This document shows positions 1-8,952 of a stretch of 64,000 bases of DNA, piece after piece. The notes beneath the pieces are model-generated. The model did no database searches. It worked only from the letters and a program-made list of their open reading frames with translations, and was not told where the DNA came from. Made by a program: the position numbers and the translations under genes. Source of the DNA: an uncultured Bacteroidia bacterium (GTDB lineage Bacteria > Bacteroidota > Bacteroidia > Bacteroidales > F082); the NCBI GenBank assembly GCA_902771635.1, contig CACXXW010000002.1:18718-82717 (forward strand), given 5' to 3'. Numbering within the stretch: the first letter of the stretch is position 1; each line of letters begins with the position of its first letter.

Positions 1-1311
<1,311 letters not shown>

Positions 1312-1330
1312 TTAGGTTTTAATTAATCTG

Positions 1331-1338
1331 CAAAGGTA
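1331..1338 (-). promoter_or_regulatory. Bacteroidota -7 box TACCTTTG (TAnnTTTG) upstream of guaB
   Basis: Forward caaaggta lies 26 nt upstream of the guaB ATG. Confidence 0.45.
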
Positions 1339-1456
1339 CGGAAATCTTTGATTCAAAGATACGAACTGGGCCAAAATTTAAGTTTGTGTGGCCAAAAGGA
1401 GCAAAAAATGAGTGTTTTTCTTCTTTTATCTCATTTTTTTTCGGCTGAGCTTTCAA

Positions 1457-2518
1457 TTATTCGTAATGCCTAATCCTCACCTCAACACCATCGTTTTCCA
1501 ACTGAGCAGGAATTCCGCTCACATCTGTCTGGCCATAATGATACGGGAACAGCACTTTTGGCTTGACCGTCCTTGCTGCATTGGCGAGTTGCTCAACCGT
1601 CATTGTATAAGGTTGGTTGCAGGGTAAGAAAGCGATGTCGATGTCTTTGATGCCGTCCATCTCAGGGATGTCTTCAGTGTCGCCGGCAATGTAGATTCTC
1701 AGACCGTCGAGTGTGAGGATGAAGCCGTTGTCTCTTCCCTTGGGGTGGAATTGCAGGTGGCCTTCAGTGGTGTTGTAAGCTGGAACGGCTTCAACAGTGA
1801 TGTCGTCTGCGATTTGAAGCATATCGCCGTTGGCCATCACCTGACCATAGCCGAGCATCTCAGCACAGCGTTGGTTGGTGATCAATTGGGTATTGTCGCT
1901 AGTGAGTTGCTTGATGGCAGCAGTGTCAAGATGGTCAAAGTGTTCGTGGGTCACGAAAATGTAGTTCGCTTTAGGCATGGTTGTGTAGTCGATGGTCTTG
2001 TCGCCCAGTTTTGTCACAGGGTCGATCATGATTTCCTTTCCGTCGTATTCGATGCGGATGGAGGCATGGGCCAAGGCGTGAAATTTGACTGTCTTGCCGC
2101 TCTTCGTGGTGAAACTGTCGGTTTCGTAGGTTTCCGTATTAGTCACGACAGGTTTTTCGGCTTTTTTCCATGCCAAAAAGCCTCCTTCAAGATTCACGAC
2201 CTTGTAGCCTTCTGCCGACAATTTGTTGGCTGCCAGAGCCGATCGTACTCCGCTGCGGCAATACACTGCCACCGTCTTTTCGGTCGGAAGTGTCGCTTTC
2301 GCTTTTTCGACAAAGTCATCTTGTTTGATGTCGATGTTGAGTGCATTCTGGATATGTCCTTCATTGAATTCTTTTTCGGTTCTGACATCAAGCAAAACCA
2401 CATTGTTATCTGTGATGCATTCTACGAACTTGTCGACATTGGCGTTTTCGAAGTTGTGTTGGCCGCAGGCCGAGGCCAAGCCTAAAAGAGCCAAAAAGCT
2501 TGTGAGGATGTTTTTCAT
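1457..2518 (-). CDS. Exported lipoprotein, N-terminal rhodanese domain fused to an MBL-fold metallo-hydrolase
   Basis: Start chosen at MKNILTSFLALLGLASAC (signal peptide plus lipobox Cys). Rhodanese-like CRSGVRS active-site loop, then MBL motif HEHFDHLD. Confidence 0.75.
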   Translation of the reverse strand: MKNILTSFLALLGLASACGQHNFENANVDKFVECITDNNVVLLDVRTEKEFNEGHIQNALNIDIKQDDFVEKAKATLPTEKTVAVYCRSGVRSALAANKLSAEGYKVVNLEGGFLAWKKAEKPVVTNTETYETDSFTTKSGKTVKFHALAHASIRIEYDGKEIMIDPVTKLGDKTIDYTTMPKANYIFVTHEHFDHLDTAAIKQLTSDNTQLITNQRCAEMLGYGQVMANGDMLQIADDITVEAVPAYNTTEGHLQFHPKGRDNGFILTLDGLRIYIAGDTEDIPEMDGIKDIDIAFLPCNQPYTMTVEQLANAARTVKPKVLFPYHYGQTDVSGIPAQLENDGVEVRIRHYE

Positions 2519-2537
2519 GGTGTTTGTGTGTATAAAG

Positions 2538-2693
2538 TTTGAGGCGGTAAAGATAGGAAAAAAGATTTGAATGGACATAAAAGAAAACTGTACTTTTGCG
2601 GCATGGAAAGCCTTCAACTATGAAACGACTGCTTCGTGACTTCGTTCAAGAAATGAAAGATTACAAGAAAAAAGTCAGGAGGTTTTAATGATG
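2538..2693. repeat. Direct repeat copy A (~156 nt), partner at 4662-4815
   Basis: Manual alignment to 4662-4815 gives about a dozen substitutions and two 1-nt indels. Carries TACTTTTG at 2591-2598 (+), TATCTTTA on the minus strand, and a 22-codon ORF at 2620-2688. Confidence 0.85.
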
Positions 2694-2749
2694 AAGATTA
2701 ATCCATCCAAATAATAGGAAGATAATTGCAAACTCGAAAACGGTTAGAA

Positions 2750-3553
2750 ATGTCCGAGCACTGGGAAATATACGCCGACTGGAATCCGTGGCATGGTTGC
2801 ACCAAAATTAGCACTGGATGCAAATATTGCTATGTCTATCGTCAGGATGAAATGTACGGCAGTGAGATTTCGAGCAGTGTGTGTCGAAAGACAGGCAATT
2901 TCAACCTGCCTATGAAGAAGAAGCGTGACAAATCGTGGAAGATTGAGAGCGGAAAGATTGTCTTCACTTGTTTCACCTCCGACTTCCTCCTGAAAGATGC
3001 CGATGAATGGCGACCTGAATGCTGGAGGATGATGAGGCAACGGAGCGACCTCTGGTTCTTTTTCTTCACCAAACGCATCGACCGTTTCATGGAATGTGTA
3101 CCTGACGACTGGGGCGAGGGCTATGACAATGTCATCGTAGGATGTACTGTGGAAAACCAGGAGATGACCGATTATCGTTTGCCGATTTTCCTGTCTCTCC
3201 CAATCAAGCATAAGAGTATCATCGTTTCTCCTATCCTTTCCGCCGTTGATCTTACTCCTTATCTGAATGAGACGGTTGAGGAAGTATCGGTTGGCGGAGA
3301 GTCAGGGGTCGATGCTAGACCCTGCGATTACGACTGGATACTTGACATCAGGGAGCAATGTGTTTCAAAAGAAATTCCTTTTCGTTTTCACCAAACGGGT
3401 GCTCATTTCATCAAGGATGGGAGAATGTATCGGGTTCCACGATGCTATCAACTCAGTCAGGCTCACAAGGCAAACATCGATTACAAGATTGGCAATTACC
3501 TTGTCCCGAAAGAGATAAAATTCGAATGGAAAGCCAGCGACTATCACGATTAA
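2750..3553 (+). CDS. DUF5131 (phage Gp37/Gp68 family) protein
   Basis: WNPWHGCTKISTGCKYCY three-Cys N-terminal motif, FFFTKRIDR, and VGGESG..ARP ... FRFHQTG C-terminal motifs typical of PF07505. ATG at 2750 preferred over TTG at 2726. Confidence 0.8.
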   Translation: MSEHWEIYADWNPWHGCTKISTGCKYCYVYRQDEMYGSEISSSVCRKTGNFNLPMKKKRDKSWKIESGKIVFTCFTSDFLLKDADEWRPECWRMMRQRSDLWFFFFTKRIDRFMECVPDDWGEGYDNVIVGCTVENQEMTDYRLPIFLSLPIKHKSIIVSPILSAVDLTPYLNETVEEVSVGGESGVDARPCDYDWILDIREQCVSKEIPFRFHQTGAHFIKDGRMYRVPRCYQLSQAHKANIDYKIGNYLVPKEIKFEWKASDYHD

Positions 3554-3609
3554 CGGGATGATGAAAGAAGGCAGAGAAAAAGGGGGTCATCTTTCAATCG
3601 AGTCCATGC

Positions 3610-4227
3610 TTACTTTTCTGACAAGGGATATTCCTTCAGCATATGTTTGGCCAAGGGAACATACCAGTCACGGACTTCATCGGCGGTCGGTGTGTGATTG
3701 CCGGGAAAATGGAACGACCTGTTATAATGCTCCAAAAAGAGCGGCTCAAAACGGGCCAATGTGTCGCCTTCGCCAAACAAGCCCCAGATACGGTCCTTGT
3801 ATTCGGGATTGCAGTTGCTGAACTGTATGGCCTCCAACTCGGCAAACTCCTCAATAAGAGCTGCATCGATGACGAACTCCTGGATGCCATCCTTACGGGG
3901 AGATTTGTACTCGTGCTTGCCAAGGCGCTTTTTCAAGAATTCCGTCATCTGAAAGTGAGGGTTTCCAAGCAAGGCCGGAATGCCTACCGTTGGAGCAATC
4001 ATCTGGGCATAGAATGATCCACAGCTGTTGCCAAGCATAAGGTCGGGCTTCTCACGGTCAATTAGTTCCCGTATGAACCCGATGGCTGTTTTCGGATGCC
4101 TCGGCAGGTCGGGAGTCATCACTTCTGCAAGACCGTCAAATGCCTCTCGTAATGCCAAGGCTGGTATGCATTGACCGCTGGCAAAGAAACCGTGAAGGAA
4201 CAATATCTTTTTCATCCTCTTGTCCAT
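3610..4227 (-). CDS. YqiA/UPF0227-like alpha/beta-hydrolase esterase
   Basis: About 200 aa with LFLHGFFASG N-terminus, nucleophile elbow GNSCG (GxSxG), and late GD and H motifs as in E. coli YqiA. Confidence 0.6.
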   Translation of the reverse strand: MDKRMKKILFLHGFFASGQCIPALALREAFDGLAEVMTPDLPRHPKTAIGFIRELIDREKPDLMLGNSCGSFYAQMIAPTVGIPALLGNPHFQMTEFLKKRLGKHEYKSPRKDGIQEFVIDAALIEEFAELEAIQFSNCNPEYKDRIWGLFGEGDTLARFEPLFLEHYNRSFHFPGNHTPTADEVRDWYVPLAKHMLKEYPLSEK

Positions 4228-4232
4228 TTTTT

Positions 4233-4628
4233 TTATTCAGAAACACTTTTGTTCAGTTCGCACTCTACCTTGTTTAGCGTGTCGAAAAACCGATAGGTAG
4301 CGACGGCAGGACCGAATAGCAACAAGCCAAATGTGTTCCATCCAAACATGTGCCACCAAGAAGTGTATGGGCCATCTATATTCAGCTCAATCGCTTTGGT
4401 TTTCAGCTTCTCTGCAATACGTGACATCCATACAAGTGTGTAAATAAACGCTGTAGGAATGCCCAAGAGATATGCCACCCAATATCGTTGCGTTTTGATT
4501 CCAAGGATTTCGTCTAACTCATCCTGCAACCCACCGAGAGGCATGTATAAGAGGAAGAATAACCCAAAGGTGCAAAAGTCGATGCATCCAAGCAAAAATC
4601 CTGGTCTCTTGGTGTGTTGATATTTCAT
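4233..4628 (-). CDS. Small multi-pass membrane protein (DUF4234-like)
   Basis: 131 aa with 3-4 hydrophobic segments. Lies 5 nt downstream of the esterase gene on the same strand. No enzymatic motif recognised. Confidence 0.45.
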   Translation of the reverse strand: MKYQHTKRPGFLLGCIDFCTFGLFFLLYMPLGGLQDELDEILGIKTQRYWVAYLLGIPTAFIYTLVWMSRIAEKLKTKAIELNIDGPYTSWWHMFGWNTFGLLLFGPAVATYRFFDTLNKVECELNKSVSE

Positions 4629-4661
4629 TTGTAATGCACTCCTAACTATGCTCTTTCTTAT

Positions 4662-4815
4662 TTTGAGGCGGTAAAGATAGGAAAAAGATTCGAATGGACA
4701 TAAAAGAAAACTGTACTTTTGGGCATGGAAAGCCTTCGACCATTAAACGACTGCTCCGTGACTTCGTTCGAGAATATGAAGATTACAAGAAGAAAGTCAG
4801 GAGATTTTAATGATG
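4662..4815. repeat. Direct repeat copy B (~154 nt), partner at 2538-2693
   Basis: Same orientation and same end points as copy A. The small-ORF ATG is replaced by ATT. Confidence 0.85.
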
Positions 4816-5115
4816 GCGAACTCGTCGCCAATAAAAAGTGCGACCTTTTTGTACTTTATCTCTGTTATTTTGTAAGATAAAGTACATTTTGCTATTATCT
4901 TTTGAAAAAAGCCATCCAACAAGATAGGAATGACTTTTACTTGAAATACAATAACTTACACATCAGACAGCCATTATTGATGCAGGTTTATGAAAAATAA
5001 GCCCGTAGCAATCGAGAAAGTGGCATCATTTGAATTTGGACATTTATGACTATGTTCAACCCATCTGATTTAGCCAGTCTGAACAACATATTGGGGGTAA
5101 AACTTTTGAAAAAAT

Positions 5116-5146
5116 AAAACCCGCTGAAAATCAACGGGTTTTGTGT
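5116..5146 (-). terminator. Hairpin plus T-run downstream of ssrA
   Basis: aacccg(5118-5123)/cgggtt(5135-5140) stem flanked by A/T runs on both sides. Confidence 0.6.
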
Positions 5147-5154
5147 TTAGAAAG

Positions 5155-5553
5155 TGGAGATGGAGGGAGTCGAACCCTCGTCCAAACAAGGAACCCCCAT
5201 GGTTTCTACATGCTTATTCCGCTGTTGGTTTTCGTGCCGCGCAAGGGAACGAACGCCCTAAACGCGACCTTATCTCCTAAAGCTTCGCCTTGCTGTCGGA
5301 GCGTCGACAAGGCTATCCCGAAATTGCTTAGCACCCCGGGCTCAGGCCGGAATCAGGAATCTCCACCTGCGGGATGTCTCGTCCGCCCACCTTGTGAGCG
5401 GATTAAGCCAGTGATCTACTGTGCTTCAATCAGGCAGCGAGAGCGTAGTTGTTTTCGCCAATTAATTTTTTGCAGTCAAGATTTACGAGCGTCACTGCGA
5501 GGCTCGACATGCTTACATGACAATTCATCTTGCTGTCAAAACCATACATCCCC
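5155..5553 (-). ncRNA. ssrA: tmRNA (transfer-messenger RNA)
   Basis: The 5' end GGGGATGTATGGTTTTGACAGC pairs with the 3' end ...GGGTTCGACTCCCTCCATCTCCA (acceptor stem with G3:U70). Tag reading frame GGCGAAAACAACTACGCTCTCGCTGCCTGA = GENNYALAA* at 5430-5459. Confidence 0.92.
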
Positions 5554-5568
5554 TCAAAGAACGGACTG

Positions 5569-5576
5569 CAAAAGTA
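5569..5576 (-). promoter_or_regulatory. -7 box TACTTTTG upstream of ssrA
   Basis: Forward caaaagta lies 16 nt upstream of the mature tmRNA 5' end. Confidence 0.5.
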
Positions 5577-5637
5577 CAGCTAATTTCCAAACCCCGCAAG
5601 GGACTCGAAAAAAAACTTGCTGTTTTAACGAAATTCA

Positions 5638-5645
5638 TATCTTTG
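5638..5645 (+). promoter_or_regulatory. -7 box TATCTTTG
   Basis: Lies 42 nt upstream of the ATG at 5687. Confidence 0.45.
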
Positions 5646-5686
5646 CAGTTCAATACCAAATGTAGACAACCTAAAAATAAATAGAC

Positions 5687-6256
5687 ATGAAAAAGCTGCT
5701 TTTCCTTGCCATGATACTGCTCGCAGGCAAACTGTTACTGGCTCAAACTCCCTATGTCAGAGTAGATGATTACCAGACAAAGTATGAGCAGGTGACCCAT
5801 CAAACTGGTGTCCAATGCAAGATTACGGACTATGCCATCGCGACGCTCTACGCCCAACTTTTCGATGGCTTGGAAACTTCGGTAAGAACCGTTGAAGTGG
5901 AGGGTGCTGTCCAGTATTTCTATCGCATCTACCGTAAAGAGGTGAAAGAACAACCTGCTGTTGAGGTTTTTGTGGCCTACGACGATTTTGTTGAACTCGA
6001 TCGCGTTTTAGAGTCGATGATTGCTGAAGAACATAAGGACAAGAATGCTCGAAAGGATTACTACGAGACCTTCTATCGGACGGATGACGGCTTTCAAATA
6101 GGTTACAGCATAAAAAGCAGACAAACGCATTGGTATCTTGTGCTGGACCGATACAGCGAGGACAAAGTCTTTTTCGATAGCGTGACAAAACTGAAGGATC
6201 ACTTCAAAAAAGCTTTGGCAAAGTTTGAAGAAGTGAAGAAAAAGAATGGTGGTTGA
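5687..6256 (+). CDS. Secreted hypothetical protein
   Basis: 189 aa with signal peptide MKKLLFLAMILLAGKLLLAQ. No recognisable domain. Confidence 0.55.
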   Translation: MKKLLFLAMILLAGKLLLAQTPYVRVDDYQTKYEQVTHQTGVQCKITDYAIATLYAQLFDGLETSVRTVEVEGAVQYFYRIYRKEVKEQPAVEVFVAYDDFVELDRVLESMIAEEHKDKNARKDYYETFYRTDDGFQIGYSIKSRQTHWYLVLDRYSEDKVFFDSVTKLKDHFKKALAKFEEVKKKNGG

Positions 6257-6358
6257 GGTCCCTGAGCCTGCGGTCCCTGAGGCCCATCGAAGGGTCGAAG
6301 GGCCGACTGACATTATGACGGTGCTTCGATACTTCGACAAGCTCAGTGCTCAGCAACC
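6255..6358. repeat. REP-like palindromic element, family 1 (composite of two units)
   Basis: gaggtccctgagcctgcggtccctgaggcccatcgaagggtcgaagggccgac plus gcttcgatacttcgacaagctcagtgctcagcaacc. Related copies at 18835, 33970, 42623 and 43917. Confidence 0.8.
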
Positions 6359-6362
6359 TGCA

Positions 6363-7526
6363 TCAATTCAGCGGGTTCCCAAACTGCACCACATCGTCCT
6401 TTGTGATGACATTGCCGCAAAGAATCACCAAACGTTCCACGATGTTACGCAATTCGCGGATGTTGCCAGTCCATTGGTACTGCTTTAAGGCTTCCATAGC
6501 CTCGGGCTCGAAGGTCGGGACAGGTTTGCCCATGTCTTGTGCAATGATTTCCAAGAAGTTGCCGACCAACAGCGGAATGTCATCCTTGCGTTCGCGCAAC
6601 GGCGGCACTTGAATGACAATGACACTCAAACGGTGGTATAGGTCTTCGCGGAAATTGCCTTTCTCGATCTCACTCTTGAGGTTCTTGTTGGTGGCCGCCA
6701 AAATCCTCACATTGACGGGTATTTCCTTCTCGCCACCAACGCGCACAATCTTGTTCTCCTGCAAGGCTCTCAGCACCTTGGCTTGCGCTGGAAGACTCAT
6801 GTCGCCGATTTCGTCCAAGAAGAGCGTGCCGCCGTCGGCCAATTCAAAGTCGCCCTTCTTCTGTTTGATGGCTGAGGTGAAAGAGCCTTTTTCGTGACCG
6901 AAAAGCTGGCTCTCGATGAGTTCGGCAGGAATGGCGGCGCAGTTGACTTCGATGAAAGGACCACGATTCCTTGGGCTGAGTTCGTGCAGTTGTCGAGCCA
7001 CAAGTTCCTTGCCCGTGCCGTTTTCGCCAGTGATGAGCACACGGGCATTGGTAGGGGCCACCTTTTCAATCATGTCTTTCACTTCAAGCATCGGGGTCGA
7101 CTCGCCAATCATCTGGTTCTGGAGCTTGACGGCTTTCTTCAGCACTTTGTTTTCGGTGGCCAAGTTCTTTTTGTCCAAGGCATTGCGCAAGGTGATGAGC
7201 AGACGGTTCAAATCGGGAGGCTTGGGAATGAAGTCGAAAGCGCCTTTCTTGATGGCTTCGACTGCCGTTTCGATGGTGCCGTGACCCGAGAGCATGATGA
7301 CGGGCACGTCCGACTCTTGTCGGATGGCTTCCAGCACCTCAATGCCGTCCATTTCAGGCATTTTGATGTCGCAGAAAATGGCGTCAAATTCCTGTTCCTT
7401 GATTTGTTGCAGGGCTTCCATGCCTGTTGAGGCATCATCCACCTGATAGCTTTCGTTTTCGAGGATGTCGCGCAGCACGCGGCGGATGGGAGCCTCGTCG
7501 TCGATGATTAGTATTCTTGGCATCAT
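6363..7526 (-). CDS. Sigma-54-dependent response regulator (receiver + AAA+), lacking a C-terminal HTH
   Basis: ILIIDDE receiver, Walker A GENGTGKE, GAFTGA-loop variant GSFTSA, GNIRELRN. The protein ends about 25 aa after the AAA+ domain. Confidence 0.85.
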   Translation of the reverse strand: MMPRILIIDDEAPIRRVLRDILENESYQVDDASTGMEALQQIKEQEFDAIFCDIKMPEMDGIEVLEAIRQESDVPVIMLSGHGTIETAVEAIKKGAFDFIPKPPDLNRLLITLRNALDKKNLATENKVLKKAVKLQNQMIGESTPMLEVKDMIEKVAPTNARVLITGENGTGKELVARQLHELSPRNRGPFIEVNCAAIPAELIESQLFGHEKGSFTSAIKQKKGDFELADGGTLFLDEIGDMSLPAQAKVLRALQENKIVRVGGEKEIPVNVRILAATNKNLKSEIEKGNFREDLYHRLSVIVIQVPPLRERKDDIPLLVGNFLEIIAQDMGKPVPTFEPEAMEALKQYQWTGNIRELRNIVERLVILCGNVITKDDVVQFGNPLN

Positions 7527-7658
7527 TTTTAATTTTGCGCAAAGATAGTGGAATTTTTTGAATGTAGAATGTTTAATGCTGAAATCGCAGATTCAGCGAA
7601 GCTAATATGGAATGCGGAATTTTGAATTTTAAATTTTGAATCTTAAATCAAAACTTAC

Positions 7659-7666
7659 TATTTTTG
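7659..7666 (+). promoter_or_regulatory. -7 box TATTTTTG
   Basis: Lies 19 nt upstream of the ATG at 7685. Confidence 0.45.
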
Positions 7667-7684
7667 CCTTCAAATTTTAGAATA

Positions 7685-8530
7685 ATGAAAAGAGTTTTTC
7701 TGTTTTTGGGTTTGCTGTTTTTCATGCAATCGCAGTTTTTTGCCCAAGATACGCTCCCTGCGCCTTCTTCCTATCGTGTCAACAAGGTGTCATTCAATAT
7801 GGTGCGTGTCGAGAAAGGTGGGTTTTGGATGGGTGCCCAACGTAAGGATACTGCCGAATTCAACTACGACCGCATGGCGCAAATCGACGAACTGCCCGTG
7901 CATTACGTGACAATGCATGAGGATTATTATATCGGCCAGACGGAAGTGACCCAAAAGCTGTGGAAGGCCGTGATGGGCTACAACCCAAGCGCGAAGAAAT
8001 GCCCCAAGCGCCCTGTGACTAATGTGAATTATTATGAGGTGCAGGAGTTTTTGAGACGCATCGACAGCATCACCGGAATGCAGTTCCGCCTTCCCACTGA
8101 GGAAGAATGGGAATACGCTGCCCGTGGTGGGAAATATTCGAAAGGCTATATCTACAGCGGTAGCAATGAGGTGGACCGCGTGGCTTGGCATAATGGGAAT
8201 ACTTCGCGACTAAAAAAGGTCAAGAAACGTTCGGCCAACGAGTTGGGTATCTACGACATGAGTGGCAACGTGTGGGAATGGTGTAGCTCCAAATACCGTT
8301 TCTTTGACAAGGAACGTAATGCTACTTTGGGCAAGGATGGTGAGATGTACTGTATCCGTGGAGGAGGCTGGCAGTTGCCCAAGACCTCTTGCCGTGTGTC
8401 GTGGCGCGGCAAACGTCTGCCCGATTTGAAGAACTCTTTCGGAGGGTTTAGGTTGTGCTTGGACGCGAAGTATGTCAAGGAAAAAGAAGAGACCCCCGAA
8501 AAAGAAACGCTTATTGAAGAGAAGGAGTAA
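7685..8530 (+). CDS. Secreted SUMF1/FGE-sulfatase-domain protein
   Basis: Signal peptide, then GFWMGA, EEEWEYAARGG, GNVWEWC and RGGGW motifs. Lys/Glu-rich tail. Confidence 0.8.
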   Translation: MKRVFLFLGLLFFMQSQFFAQDTLPAPSSYRVNKVSFNMVRVEKGGFWMGAQRKDTAEFNYDRMAQIDELPVHYVTMHEDYYIGQTEVTQKLWKAVMGYNPSAKKCPKRPVTNVNYYEVQEFLRRIDSITGMQFRLPTEEEWEYAARGGKYSKGYIYSGSNEVDRVAWHNGNTSRLKKVKKRSANELGIYDMSGNVWEWCSSKYRFFDKERNATLGKDGEMYCIRGGGWQLPKTSCRVSWRGKRLPDLKNSFGGFRLCLDAKYVKEKEETPEKETLIEEKE

Positions 8531-8951
8531 GCCTCAGTTTCTTGCTCCTATAATTAATCACTGCTTTATACTTTTTCAGCAAATCTCCACCAAGAATTCC
8601 ATCGATGTGGGGCAAGCCAAGTTTGCCGTACATCTCGTGGATGTTCTCCAAATCCAAGGCAACGGCTTCATAATCATGGATTTCTAGATTGCCAACGGAA
8701 AAGTTGTCAATGACGAATGTGGAGCTTTCCAAATCTGAGCTACCCACGCCAGCAGTCATGCCTTCTTTCTTTTCGAACGCAATATCATCTATGAAAGAGG
8801 AGATGGTTATTGGATCGAAAACTGAGCGAGAGGCACCAGTATCGATAAGAAAATGGGCTTCCTTACCATGGATCATTCCTTTGACCATGATATGGAAGCC
8901 ATCTCCTTCGATGTCAAGTAGTTGCATCGGAACCTCGATATAGCGTCGCAT
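8511..8951 (-). CDS. Retropepsin-like (single-domain) aspartic protease
   Basis: FLIDTGASRSVF catalytic D-T-G-A motif in about 146 aa. Start MRRYIEV chosen 1 nt after the LOG stop. Confidence 0.65.
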   Translation of the reverse strand: MRRYIEVPMQLLDIEGDGFHIMVKGMIHGKEAHFLIDTGASRSVFDPITISSFIDDIAFEKKEGMTAGVGSSDLESSTFVIDNFSVGNLEIHDYEAVALDLENIHEMYGKLGLPHIDGILGGDLLKKYKAVINYRSKKLRLTPSLQ

Positions 8952-8952
8952 A

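Noticed and set aside
5141-5665. 174-aa + strand ORF in the track
   Set aside because: It lies entirely antisense to and over the tmRNA gene. The tmRNA call (acceptor stem, tag GENNYALAA) explains the region, and the ORF has no motif.
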